Shown piece by piece: positions 1 through 14,000 of a stretch of 64,000 bases of DNA. The stretch covers positions 67,580,001 to 67,644,000 of the forward strand of contig NW_026262701.1 in assembly GCF_021869535.1 (NCBI RefSeq), read 5' to 3'. The position numbers were made by a program, and so were the translations under genes. This DNA is from Mytilus californianus. Taxonomy: Eukaryota. Numbering within the stretch: position 1 is the first letter of the stretch; every line of letters starts with the position of its first letter. The notes under the pieces are model-generated. The model did not search any database. It was not told where the DNA came from and saw only the letters and a program-made list of their open reading frames with translations.

Positions 1-440
1 TTTTAAAACCAGCACGAGTTATATTGAGGGACCTACAAAGCTTAGGGTACTTGCTAATTATTGTTGATTGTTCTAAAACTTTCAAATATTTCATGTTTGA
101 ATAAGTTTTACTGCATTTCAATACTTTAAGTCTGTCTATATACATTGTATTTAAAACACATTTTCAAACAAATTGTATAGTCAAACTTAAACAAAATGGT
201 TATGGATTCACTGTAACAAGTTTATGTTGATTATCTTGTGTTTCTGTATTTTGAACTTTTGAATTAATTCATTGCGATATATTGAAACACAGACTGGGTA
301 AAAAGAAAAAAAGAGAGTGAGTTCAAATTTAAATTGAACCTACAAATTTTTATCCACAAATTCATCTATTGTTCCTTCTTTGTAAATCTCATAATGCTGA
401 TGATTTCTGCTGCTTACAGTTTCTATCTTTTTGTATAGAA

Positions 441-1135
441 ATAAGGAGATGTGGTATGATTGCCAATGAGACAATTATCCACTAAAGTTCAAATGAAATG
501 GATGTAAGCAATTATAGGCAACCGTACGGCCTTCAACAATGAGAAAACACATACTGTATAGTCGGCTATAAAATGCCCCGACATGAAAGATATGAAACAA
601 TTCAATAAAGAAAACTAACGGCCTAATTCATAACAAAACAATTTACGAAAACAAATACGACAGACATTAACCAACGACAACGACAACCACTGAACTACAG
701 ACTACTTATAGAATGTGGCGGGGTTAAACTAATTTGCCGGCGCCAAACCCTCCCCCTAACCTGGGACAGTAGTGTAACAGTACAAAATAAGAATTAGCTA
801 TAAAAATCAGTTGAAAAGGGCTTCACTCGTTAGATCGATACAAAGAAGAAAACGTCTAATGAAAACACAGACCAGACGTGGTAGCGTATATATACATCCC
901 ACAACAAAAAAGACACCAAGTAAAGAAAGATCTGAGAGTACTCTCATTTACTGACAGCTAGTTCAAAGCTATTAACAACTAATAAAAAAATCCTGTATTT
1001 AAGACTAAAATATTAATCAGATAACATCCAACATCCAATGGATTTAGTGTAAAGACGTCATTAACAGTCAGAGAAAAACATGACATTGTGCAATGCCAAA
1101 ATATAGGTATCGACAGATTGTTGTAGCGTGAATGT
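441..1135 (+). repeat. Abundant mussel-type interspersed repeat cluster (AGATGTGGTATGATTGCCAATGAGACAAC family and associated modules)
   Basis: Motif ataaggagatgtggtatgattgccaatgagacaa at ~441-475. The same motif or its modules recur in the window at ~16610, 19900 (rev), 25845, 28055, 40885 (rev), 41275, 47385 (rev), 53920 (rev) and 60405. Assignment to Mytilus is from recall, not a search. Confidence 0.8.
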
Positions 1136-2004
1136 GCATATGTGTATAACAATTATATTTAGTTTGGTTTTAATAGTTCTTTCGATAAAAGTGAAAAGTG
1201 CAAGAATACGTATTAATAGGTCTTTAAGGAAAATAACTCTTATAAGAATTTACCTAAATATAGTCTCCTCGTTATTACGAAATAGTATGTCGTTATCACG
1301 TTAATACATTTTCTTCTTCAATGTAGCCCTAGTCGGCTTCCGTAAAACACAGATACGTCAACCGGAAAAAAGAAAGTAAGTACAAATTTAATTGTAAGGG
1401 GACGATCATTCATTCAAATCTTGGAGAAGGATGACTATGAAATGGATGCAGCATTGTCTTAAATGGGCGTCCTCAAATCAAAACATACAGTTTAAGTGTA
1501 AATAGACCACATTGACTGGAATTATCAACTTCATTTTAAATAAAAGACTATTTGTTAAACGTTTTCAGGTTATAACGAATGTCAAATAACTATAAACGTA
1601 TCAATTAAAGTTACTCTGTGTAACCCTGTGTAACTTTGAGGGAAAATATTTATTTTTTTTCAAGAGAGAAATGTTATCGGACTACCCCGGACCTTGATCA
1701 GTAAAAATCATTTGAGTCCTCTGGATAATTGTTTGCACAAAATCAAATGAAGTCACATTGAAGACTACAACGACCAGCGTTGCTTGTACATTCAAATATG
1801 ATAACAAATTTCCACTCCTAAAAGTATCATTCAAGTAGCATATGAATCCAGTCGTTTAGGTGCAAAATTTACGTTGATGTTTTGATGTTTTATGTGATCA
1901 CAAATCGTGGGTCGTAATTTTTAATGAAAAATAACTAATAACAGTTTATGGAAAGTAACTAAGTTTGTAGTTGATGTAGAATATTAATACATGTAAAGGA
2001 GCAA

Positions 2005-2093
2005 TCTGATTAAAATTCTGATCCATATTAACTCGCGCGCTCGTATAGGCTCATATGAGTATAACGAAATCAGAGAACTATATTTTAATTAGA
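2005..2093. repeat. Degenerate palindromic element
   Basis: tctgattaaaat ... attttaattaga ends flank a gctcatatgagt core; the arms pair only imperfectly. Confidence 0.4.
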
Positions 2094-3122
2094 TTGATAC
2101 AGGAGATGCCGTTTATATGTCAATGAGACAGCACCCCAACGACATAAATAACCAAAAACACATCAAATCCATGACAAAATAAAACGACCAGATTCATATA
2201 ATACTTGAATGGTATTTCCAAGCTTGCAAGTTAATGATTCGGACTTCAGAAAGCATTTTATAAATTGTAATACTTCAACTACAAGTTCTAGAAGTTAGAA
2301 AGCAAGTTATAGTTATATTGTGTGTTCAGTGTGTGACTTCAAAATAACTGTTAACAAAACTTTATTTTGAATTTTTCGAAATACTAAAGATTTTCAACCC
2401 AAAGAATAGTTTACCTTGTCTATATTTGGCAAAATCGTTTCGCAATTTTGGGTCCTTAATGCTCCTCAACTTCGTACTTTATTTTGCCCTTTTAACTTCT
2501 TGATTCGGCGTACCAAATATCAATGCTTGATAAGTTTGTTTACTCAGTAGAAAGTGCTTTAATTTCGAAAATTTGTCTTTGCATTTGATTTAAATTATTC
2601 TAATATTAAGGTTCTTTACCGCATAGTTTTGAAAAAATAAATGGTATTCAGCAAAATATAAAGAGAAGCGCATTTCACTTTATGTGTACTATTGGATATA
2701 TTTGTCTAACAATTAAACATTGAGCCGCTTTGCATAAAAACATTGATATTTGCTCATCAAAACTGATGTTATTATGTAAAGATTTTTTTTATTCTGTCAA
2801 GATGTTATGCCTAACACATTTGGTTATTCTTTTATGCTCTTCTTTGTAATATAATTTGACGCGTATTTACAAACATATGCATGTATCATTTTCGTCTCTG
2901 GGTTTAATATGAAGTAAATGCATTGATGTCTGTGAAAATATTGTAAGTCTAGGTATAAACAGACAAAACTGAAAGTGAAAATAGTCAGAATTTGATGAAA
3001 TCCAAACAAATGACAAATGGTATAATGACAAATGGTATGTAACTACTTCAAAAAGGAAAATTGACAAAAGGAAGAGAGTAAAATATTTCGTTTTTCAAAG
3101 AATTTAGTGTTAAGTCGTTCAG

Positions 3123-3212
3123 CATTGACAATTTCAAGAAAAACAATCAATATGAAGCTGGCCATCTTGTGAGGCAAGTATACTTGATTCAGTTCACTGA
3201 GACACATGAAAT
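3123..3212 (+). CDS. Candidate isolated coding exon (IDNFKKNNQYEAGHLVRQVYLIQFTETHE), product unknown
   Basis: ttcag| acceptor at 3122, |gtgagt donor at 3213, 90 nt, open in phase 2-2. No recognisable family and no proven partner exons. Confidence 0.3.
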
Positions 3213-4057
3213 GTGAGTAAATGCTGAAATACTAGAAGTACTTGAGAGAAAGGACGTTATTAATATATTTGAAAGTGAAAGTAAAGGCTTTAACTGTGTG
3301 TTTTATTTTGTCTAGTGGATTGATTGATTAGTGTTTGCTGTAACGTTCAGTAGCAAATATGTCATGCATATTCAAGCCAAGATAAATTTTATGACAAATC
3401 CAAAGAACAGTTCCTGCAAAGCTGGATGATAGGGATGAAGGAATAAAATTTCATCAGTAGCTGGAATATTGAGGGTATTTTGGATAGAGCAGAAATTTTG
3501 CCTTGCAGCAGGTCTCCTACGGGCCACACAAGGAGTTTTTGCAAGGGTTTTTCAAAAGTGCAGCGAACATGATACTCTCATTAAACTCGGTACCAGATTC
3601 CGAATGGATGTGGCTTCGTATTTATACATCAAGCACAGCCAAGTCGATGCCACTTTTTACCATGTTTTTAGCTGAATTGGAGAAGTCCGTGTATGACCAT
3701 ATTTCTCACTTTTTAATTGATATTAAAATAAGTTTTAAATATAGTCAATTAATACGTAAAACTTATGTTTTACGTGGTTACTCCTTCAAAATTTGAACCA
3801 CAACGGCCGATGGACGAGGTGTATCCTCGCTGCTACTAAAACAGTCACTTAGTAAACCTGGTTAATCAGTTTCAATATCCCTCTGAATTACATAGGGAAC
3901 AAAATCTTTTAAAATACATATTTTACAGACAAAAGATTATAATCATTGACACTATTTGGATCCGTAAGGTAATGAGGTGGTTATCGACATGTTACACCCC
4001 AGTTCTATTGTTATACTTCATAGTTTCTATTTCTGAAACAAGTGTAAAATGAATAGA

Positions 4058-4171
4058 TCTATTGTTACGAATAACAAAGGACTTTGACCACAGGGTGTGA
4101 CGAGCAGGGTTTCTGGAAACCCCTGCTTCTACATCCCGCAAACAAAGTCCATTGTTATTCGTAACAATAGA
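4058..4171. mobile_element. Palindromic MITE-like element
   Basis: tctattgttacgaataaca..ggactttg / caaagtcc..tgttattcgtaacaataga inverted arms, with an inner hairpin agcagggtttc-tg-gaaacccctgct. Confidence 0.7.
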
Positions 4172-4396
4172 AATTGATTATTTTTTAAATAGCATGAACA
4201 TAAGAAATTACTAATAGTGTTTACTACAAATTGTTTCAAGATATTAAAAAAACACATTTAAGGAAATTCCAATAGCGAAAAAAAGAATTAAGCATCTATT
4301 TTGAATACAAAAATAATTCTTTAAATACTCTTTTGCTTGAAGTAATTTATTTTATTCCAGTCATATGCCTCTATTCTTAAGCATTGGTATATAACT

Positions 4397-4543
4397 CCCG
4401 GGACCCCCCCCCCCCCCCCCCCCGGTTACCCATTGGCCGATCTGGCGTGGGTTTCCGCGGTTTGGACCCAAAAAGATCGATGCATTTGAATTGTTGGACC
4501 CCCCTTTTCTGTTGAGTTGGGAACCCCCAGCTGGATCAGCCCC
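4397..4543. mobile_element. G/C-run MITE-like repeat (GGCGGATCC-ended family), partial
   Basis: Poly-C tracts and a ctggatcagcccc end; similar to 5921-6083. Confidence 0.5.
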
Positions 4544-5155
4544 CGTTTGCCCCCTAAAAAGGGAGTTCCTAAATATTAAATCTCTTTCTTTGTTTGTTGA
4601 GCGTGTCTGGTGGTCGGGTCACACCTATCCCTTAGTATGTTGGAATATGAATGTTTGTTTATTCTCGAGAAGAGGGTGGGGGGTATAAAACCATAAGGTA
4701 TAAAATACAGTTATGATTACCTTTATTACACTGATACCTGTCAGTACTTTGGGTTATAATATTGCCTTTATCTTAAGTCTCTTCTACCAAATCCAACGCT
4801 TGCCACAAAATGTCGTCCGTCTTATACCCGTCCATATTGACAACTGCATACAAGGAACATGATGTATTGTTTGTTTGTAATAAGAATACACGAAACGGTC
4901 AACCTTGACCCTCTGATCCATATTAGCAAAGGATTTAACGGGAATATGCAAAACAACTTGACATTTGTAAAATATACTCACTTGTCAAAGTTTGAACGAA
5001 AATAACCAAAGAAAGGTTACTAGTGGGGTTTCATGTAATAAAAAAAAAATTCTTATAAATCATCGTTTGGTATTATCAATAAATATGCTATCGGTTTTTT
5101 TTATTCATTTGATAATCAATGTTAACAAATATAGGGTTTAGAATGGGGTGTAAGT

Positions 5156-5259
5156 TAGTTATACACCTCGAGATACGGTGTGTCTGGATAAGAAACCCCT
5201 CCGGCCTCCGGCCGACGGGGTTTCTTATCCAGACACACCTATCCCTCGGTGTATAACTA
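5156..5259. mobile_element. Near-perfect hairpin MITE
   Basis: tagttatacacc..ggtgtgtctggataagaaacccc / ggggtttcttatccagacacacc..ggtgtataacta: ~43-bp inverted arms around a GC-rich loop. Confidence 0.75.
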
Positions 5260-5920
5260 TTACGTAATGGTAGTAGTAAATATTTGAGAGGGAGCATTGG
5301 ATTTATTTGAAATGTATTATATGTTAAATATTCGATAAGGACATTTAAACTGGAAAGATGATTTCATAATGAAACAGATACTGCATTGTGCTTATGCTAT
5401 TTTTACGGTGATTTCATTTTGTATATTTTTAGTTTAAATGAGAAACATTTGTAAAAAAAATACGCTTACAATACAGATTATTTAACAATGTTGACTAATT
5501 TCTTATACTAATATTTTTAAAAAAGCTTTAAGAGAATATTTATATATGAAAAACACATTTTTATCAAGCAAATATACAACAAGAATAAAAACATAACTGA
5601 ACGTCGATTTACGTTTATAGACAATACCCTTTATTAGACCAAAGTCATAAATTTTCATACCTACCGATTTGTACATTATTTTATTTGAAACATTGAAATG
5701 ATTAGGTAGGATAATTGCGCTATTTGTCTAAAGAATTTGTACAAACTAGATGTATTTACCAGAAGCAGCAAGATTCACAGGTTTTAATTAAGTCCTAGGT
5801 CTGGGTGATATTCATGTTGTAATATAGAAAGAACTGGATTAATTGTTGTTTGTTTTATTTCCGTGAAAAGGAAGAACTTGAGGTTTCAGTGAGCCCTGTT
5901 AAAACGGTAGAAAGTTAAAA

Positions 5921-6083
5921 CAGTATTCTAGCCATTTTTAAAAGGGGGATGGGGGGGGGGGGTGTTCATCCCAGGATAAAGGGGGGCGGGGTTCCAACCA
6001 AATGCCCCCATTCAAAATCATTGATCGTCAAAAAAAGGGGGGTTTCCAACCCCCGGAACCCCACACCCCTAGATCCGCCACTG
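5921..6083. mobile_element. G/C-run MITE-like repeat (GGCGGATCC-ended family)
   Basis: gccatttttaaaaggggg ... cccaggataaagggggg ... agatccgccactg terminus. Confidence 0.6.
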
Positions 6084-8026
6084 GTATTTATTATAATTTG
6101 TTTTGTGGGTAATGTTATCTGTCCTTCTTCGACTAATGATGACGTCTTCTTTTTCTTCCGCTCTCGTTTAAAGAATACGCAAGTGATGTGAACTGATATT
6201 AGTTATTTAAGAGAGATTTTCAATACTGATTCCTCCTCCCCTTTTTCCTTTGCCCCTCCCCCAAACGCACACTAAACGACCTAAAATATCTATCAGGGTT
6301 ATAAGATTAATTTTTTCACTGTTAATTTATATGCAGTAGATAGTACACGTACCTTATTCCCCACCACCGAATAATGTGTGGTGCCGCGGAAATTGCTATC
6401 ATACGACTGTGTGTGTGTGTGTGTGTGCAGTGTAGTTACGTATTTTTTACCTACTTGAACACTGCTATGTTTTTAGTATGAACTTACGTTTTCCTACATT
6501 TCTGTTGCTTTTACGATTCTTCTTTCAGTTTTGGTATGATTTGTATCCAGGAAGGATATTACATGCAGGTTAAAACTGAACTTTACTACCTGTTTAGTGT
6601 AGTGTATTCAAATTGGTAATTTAAATTTACAACGAAATATGGTAAGGATTCATAGTATATATAAACATTATGCATATTTTGCCCCAATAAGGAATAAGCT
6701 AGTAAAGTTACAATTGAATTAACTGCTTTTAATATATTTGAATTATACTTTATACATGTTAATAGCTAGTAAATCGTGAAGCATCAAAAGTGTTTTGTCA
6801 GCTTATTTGATGTCCAAAACCAGTTAATTAAATTTAAAAAAAAACAGTTGAAGATAATTCCTCAGTGTTAAGCTACATATTTCAGATGGAACATTTTGTT
6901 CACCTATTTTATTTTTATTGATTATTATTTTCCGCAACGTTTATCTGCCAGTCAATTGAGCGCCCCCCCCCCCCCCAAATAAATTTGAAGGTCAATTGCT
7001 TATATTGTTAATTTCATACATAATAGTACTATAAACGGTTGGATGCATAACACCACTTTATATCATCAATTTATGTCACTTCATAGAACAAAGACAATTC
7101 GATGCGTTTAGAAATACCTTGTAGGCTTTATTTTCTTTAAAAGCGTTCGTTAGATGTAATAATACACTGTAATACCCAACAAGTACGCCATATGCAAGCA
7201 AAAGAGCTTCACTTTAGTCTGGTGTATGCAAATCCTGTTTTGAACGAAAGAACGTGTGATTTAATTTTCATAAACCAATACTTATATAACACTGCTATGC
7301 ATCCTTGGGATCGATTCCAAGCTTTGTTTGGTACTTTTGGAAGGAAAATCCTGCTGCATGGTTCACATGCTTACATAATTCTCTTTTAAGATACTCTTTG
7401 TAGGTTTGATCCACCATTTTCTACATAAGAAAATGCCTGTACCAAGTCAGGAATATGACAGTTGTTTTCCATTCGTTTGATGTTTGAGCTTTTGATTTTG
7501 CCAATTGTTAAGGGACTTACCGTTATTAATTTTTCCGTGGAGTTCGGTATTTTTGTTGTTTTACTTTTTGTTGACATGTTATATTTGTTTACCAGTCGAA
7601 ATAAAAGTCTGGCTTGAAACAAGTATACAAGTTTCAACAGAGCTTATTCGAAAAGAAAAGGCTCGATTTGTAGTAGACTCTGGATAAAATTCAGAGATAA
7701 TAAATAAGACCAACGCACAATAATGATTATTTAATAGAAAGCTACTATACACTCACAGTATTTTGAACGCCGACATACAACACAAATAACAGTACATCCA
7801 CCCTTTCTCTATTTCATCTCATGTCAAATACACAAATGCACACACTGTTTCGCAAGATTCACTCACAGGCACGTTCACTCTAACTTGCACAGACAAACAT
7901 GATCTTGCATACATAGCCTCTCTCACGCAATTACACAGACCAACATACATTAACATCAAAGAACACTTGTATTTATAATCATTTATAAATTAACCAATAA
8001 GGTCAACATCTCCTCAATGTTTATGT

Positions 8027-11000
8027 TTACTTCATGTTTTCTGTAGATTTGCAAAAGAATCCCCATCTCTTTTGATTCCACGGGTTAGTCTTATACCACC
8101 CAAAGGCAAAGTCTGACTCGTCTGTTGCGACCTTCAACTTAACGACCATCCCTGAAAATAAAAAAAACAAACCGAGTTTAGTTTTTTTTCCCTCTGCATT
8201 CCTAAATCTGATAAACTTAAAGATAGTTGTGAGAATGAAAATAGTGTAATATTTTATAAAAACAAAATGACAAACACTATCCTCTGGACTTTGATTCGTT
8301 ATTCTTTATATTAATTTGGTATCGTCTACCATTCATTTATGTACTTAAAAACCAAACACATGCATGTATATTGTATTAATATTTTTCTTTTGATTGTTTT
8401 GCGTCGTTGTATTGCTTTTTCATTGACATATATATAATCCTCTCAACACTTTTGAATCAAATCCAAATTTGTCTAATGTAAGTACAATTTATTTTCTTCG
8501 TGAAATGGTAAACATGATTATATAGACATTATATGGCTTGTGTACCTTTGAAGTTGATATTTCTTACCTTCCTTAATTTTGACAAAGCACTCGTTTGTTT
8601 TCACTGACAAGTCTTTTGTCTTTACATAATTGTTGATTAAAAAATCAAACTGGTTGTCTTGGCAACTGACGTCTGCAAAATGAAATATTGGAACAGTTAT
8701 TATATTAAGTCATTCAAATGGTATGTTGTAACACAGATATAGTATAATAGCAATTTAGGCTTATGAAAACCTCTGATTTCTCTAGAATATTTTAGTGCTA
8801 TTGCTTGTGTTTGACATATTTGCGCTGGATATGTGAAAGAACTGAACCGACGATAGAACTCACCGATTACTGGTTGCCGTCACAATTAGAAACTGACCAA
8901 GTATGTTTGCGAAGACATTAAGTATGGTGGCCGGATGCGGCCATTTCACCTTTTCGCGTTTTCTCCTTTCACTTTGCAAATGAGAAATCGGGAAATCGAG
9001 AAAGCGAGAAAGCGAGAAAGCGAAATCGAGAAATTGAGAAATTGAGAAATCGGGAAATCGAGAAATCAAGAAAGCAAGAACGCGAAAACGGGAAATGAAA
9101 TAGATTTCTCGATTTCGCGTTTTCGCTTTCCCGATTTCTAGATTTCCCGATTTCTCGATTTCTCGATTTCACGATTTCTCGATTTCTCGATTTCCCAATT
9201 TCCCAATTTCTCGATTTCTCGTGAAAGGAGAAAACGCGAAAACGCGAAATGGCCGCATCCGGCCACCATAATTAAGACCAATGGCTAATATAAGAATCGT
9301 TCTGTATAAAAAAAAAGTTGGACCATGAAAATAACAGTTCCATTAAATAAAATTCACATAACAAGCATTACACAAGCATGGCGTATATGCAAACAATGCT
9401 TTAATTAAAATAATAATAAGTATAAATTACATGTACAGTGAATTAAGAGGTGCTATATCTGAAGGTTTGTTGGCATCAACTGTCAACACAAAAATAAAAT
9501 AAAAAACACTTGTGCAAGCAAATTTTGTGCAAAACTGTGGTCTATATTTGAATGCAACTAAAATAAATCATTCACATGTCTGTGCTTGCGTGTACACTTT
9601 CAGACCATCACCCATGAAACTGAATGCCCCGAAATTTGTGGAATTATCCAATCAAAATAAACGTTATGGGCTGACTTACTATTGTTATTGCGTTGTTCTT
9701 TTGTCGCCTCAAATGGTTGTTCTTTCATTATCTGTATGGCTGATTTGTAATTAACAAATTGTACATCTGGAAGCTTGGCTTTATATCCGGTAGCAGTATG
9801 AAATTCCTATATGAAAATCATTGTAATTATCAATTTTGCTGTCATGATTAATACAAATTATGTGGAAGAGATCGCTTTTCAAGTGATAGTTCCATATGTA
9901 TGTACAGATTGAACAAAAAGAGATAAAAACAAGATTATTTTCAAGTTTGTAATCTTTTAACTAGTGCATATTTAGTTATTAACGAACTCTCTGAAAATCT
10001 TTTTGGTTGGTTTTTATTCCGTTCAGCTGCTTTCTCATTGACATATACCATACATCTATTATTCAAATTACAACCACAGATTAAACCAGCTCTCCAGGGA
10101 AACTTAAAAACAATTGCATGATAAATCGGTTTTTGTCTAGCACCCGACAACGAAGAATTTGAACAACTGCTATCTTTTAAATTAGGAAATCATACCTTTA
10201 TTGATAGATTCATATGCCTTATCATAAGGCTGGAATGATTTTTTTAAAAGCTACTTAGTTATGAAACTGTTACGTTTCATTTGATTGTTATTGGTTTATA
10301 TAGCCATGATAGAGAGGTTTCCTTGACAATAATCAACTATCAATAAGTCGCGATATTTGAAACAAAACATTTTACAAAGAGAGCATGGGCAATGTTAAAA
10401 CATGGCCCGATGACTTGTAAGGAAAAGAAAACTCACTTTTATGAAATTTAATAATAGTTGTAAACAGGGTAGACTATCGATTGAAATAATAAAACAAATG
10501 TCTAAAGCTACACTGGAAAAAAATATTGTTTGAATAAATAATCACCTGTGGTGAACTGAACTGGTATTTGGAGCTTAGTTTCTCTATAATTGATTCTGCA
10601 GCCAATCTGCAGTCAAAGTCGTCAATGTGTGGAAGTACTTCATAGAGTCTACAAGACAAACAAAAACACGATTAGTGATCTCTCCTGCAAGCGATATGTA
10701 CCAATAAAAAATAATGACTGTTTGTTATTCTTTTTTTTTTAAGAAAATGCCATTGGTTTTTTAACTTGAAAAATAATATCAATTTCGAATTTGATGGTTA
10801 ATTAGTCTTCTCGGTGACATTAACTTAAATGCAACGTGTTTCTCCTGAACTGTTTGATTGATAGTATCTTATAAATAAAAAGCCGTCTGTGTAAACGAGT
10901 TTGAACCTTTTTATAGTCGAGGGCCGTATTAAAATAGTGGCGAATCCAGGTTTTTGAAGAAGAAAAAGAGGTCATGCAACCGATTTATTTTTATTCCAAA

Positions 11001-14000
11001 ATCACCTTACTTTATCATGTATCAACAGTATTCAAGTCATTTAACAATATCTAGATTACGTACTCGTTAAAATTAGACAAAAAATCAGACAATCGTCCTA
11101 AAAAGGATCTTAAACTTCCACACTAGGCACTAAAAGTGTCCTTATTGAGTAACTAGATTGTAGGATTTTAATTTCCCTTTACACTCGTTATCACAACAAT
11201 GCATTCACATTATATGAAATGAATTACTTACTTGTTGGTGTGTGCTGCTAAGATGTATTTCATAGATAGCAATCCACTATGTATACGATCTGTTAAGTTG
11301 AATCTTATATCGTCCAATAGGTCACTTTCAAGCTAGATAATATATAATGAAAACAAGTGAAACTGTGAGCCACTGCTCATTGATGATACCAAATACTTGA
11401 CATGAAGTTGTTAAGTGATAAATCTGAAAACGCATCACACGGTATAGCTGACTTATATAAACCCTGAAACCTTTTTTAAAGCGGGGGTATAAAAAGTATC
11501 AAGCTCAAACTACGAAAATCCTCAAAAAGGATCATAAACCATGATAATCCGACTAATCCACCTATAATTGACTATTCAATTAAATTAAGGTACCAAGTAA
11601 ATTATTTTCCGCAGATTGTATAGCGATTTTGCACCATGTACTTCATTGTGTTCCTTTTAAGTTTTAAATTTGAACAACACATTTTCTTTATTCAAATTTT
11701 GTCTTCATTCAATAAAAAACAATTGACGGAACGTCCGAACTGAGAAATGGTGGAATGGGGGTAATCTATGCAAGTAGATGAAACGGTAATTTGTGTTTTA
11801 CAGTAAATCAAGCGGTTTCTTATACATCAATGAACCATACATTTCTCAGCTTGTACTTCCTTACATTGCACAAACTGAGCCATTTTATTCTCCAATTGAT
11901 TTTAACTCTTGGACGATTAAAATATTGAACCTATTAAAGTAATATTGACTCTTAAATTTTTCTTCTAAACTAACCAATCTCAAAGCATTTCTAGTCATTT
12001 TCTCTTTTGTCAGCAAAATTTGGTATCTCTTGACTGTTTCCGTTGCTTTCTGCTTTTTATCATTTAGTGTCGTCTGCAAATGCTCAATGCTGTTATTTCG
12101 AGCTTTCAGGTTTTTACTAGATAGTTTACCCGCCAGGTGGTTTAGTGACAACTCAGCCGTCTTCAGGCATAATTCGTATTTATGTACCTTATTGTCAGCA
12201 ATCCAACACATCTTTAAATATAAAACAATTTTAATTTTATTTGTTAGCAATGTAAAACACTACATTTCTAAAGACTAGCTAGAAACATGTGTACTAACAC
12301 TAAAGAATAGAGAGCGTATAGTTTTCCAAATGGTTTCATGGTTTGTTTTTTCAGACTGTTTATGTATGGCGATCTTACACTAAATCCATTGGATGTGTAC
12401 TGATTGAACATTTAGTTTAGGAAACATGATAAATGATCAGTTGTATTGGCTGTAAAATAGCTTTCAGTAATTGCGAATAATATAATATCGGTACTTTGTG
12501 TCTTTGGTATTTTATTAGTTGTTTTTGTGCTTTACATGGAATTACCCCTTTTCGATTTTACCTTGGAGTTATGTATTTTAAAAAAAAATTGTATCGATTT
12601 GACGAATCAAGCATTTTTCAACTGATATTTTACTCTTTGGTCTTATGTTGTGTCGTTACACCATGCACTATCCCAAGTTTGGTCTCTGGTGGATAATCGT
12701 CTTATTGGCAAAAATACCGCATCTTCCTATTTGTATATTATATTGGAGTTTGGTGAAGCATATAAGCTTTATCTTGGCCTTAAACAACACGAACAACCAA
12801 TGCCATAATTGTCACCTGAGCAACATTTTAGGTCGAACCTAACAATTTTGAAATATATCTCTTGAACAAAAAATAAAACTGAACTACCCTCTTGAAAAAG
12901 AGGTTAGCACACGAGTGCTTTTTGCTGTAAAATATTATACCTCTTGTTGTCGTTGAAGTTCTTTGTAAATATATGTATGTGTTCTCTGCAGTTTATTCAT
13001 TTCTTCGACCTTTGCATATAATTCTTTGGTTTTTATCTGATCAAATCTGAAAAAAGTGTAATTTAATATGAAATCTTGCAAGCGCATGCAACACTTTTGT
13101 GTACTTGAAGTAGAGCTCCTTTTTATGCATAAAGATTATCTATGCAAGTAGGAATATTTTGTTTCAGCAAATGTCTGTTGCTGTTGAACATTTACACAGA
13201 ATTCCGCTCTAATCGGTGCTAGTGACAGCTTTCAGCTTATTGAAGGTCTCACTATGACTTTGATATGATGAACACCAATAAAAGCGCTGTTGCTTTGCTT
13301 TTTGTTTTTTTTTCATGTGCGTGTACTGATTTTGTGTCATAAATCAACACATCATATCCTATATTTTTAATAATCTATACAATTATATTATAGGAGTCTG
13401 TTTTATTAGCGGCTTACCTGTAAAAGGCTTTCATATATCCAAAATATGAAGTGGTGGGTAACTCTGGGTAATACAAAGACACCATGTCTTTATGTTTCGG
13501 ATACACGAACGCCATCATCACCTTATGGTTTGGATACCACTTGACAGTAAATTTGTATACACGCTAACCTTTAACCGACAGGTCTTTAATAAAAAAAATG
13601 ACCGACTTAGTTTTGACTCCAAGGAAAGTGCATTTTACAAGTTTGTGCTTTTTGTGTAACTGAACTACTTTTGACAGTAAATACAGCAAACAATAGTTGT
13701 ACTATTTTAATCAAACAACTTACGTTGGAATTGGCAGAATGCTGTCAGATGATGAAACCACTTTAACGATTTTGTTCTGGATTCTTTCAGCAATGGACTT
13801 ACTACTGCTATAGCTAGCTGTCTCATGTGCTCCAACAACGCCCAACACCATCTCAGTCAGTAGATAAAACAACTTGTTTATTTCCGGAAATTCTGGAGAG
13901 AAAAACAATTATGAACGTCGCTCGAGTGAATGTGCTAGCAAATCTTAATAGCATACAAGTAATGTTTTACCGGATGTTGTGTCACTCATATGTCATTCAC

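Noticed and set aside
2490-2520. Hammerhead ribozyme expected in this Penelope-associated repeat module
   Set aside because: The sequence runs gattc-ggcgtacc with no CTGATGA..GAAA core. The CTGATGA at 53581 also lacks a helix II and GAAA.
8860-9172. ORFs 8860-9069 and 8969-9172
   Set aside because: Translations of the octamer arrays in the foldback element.
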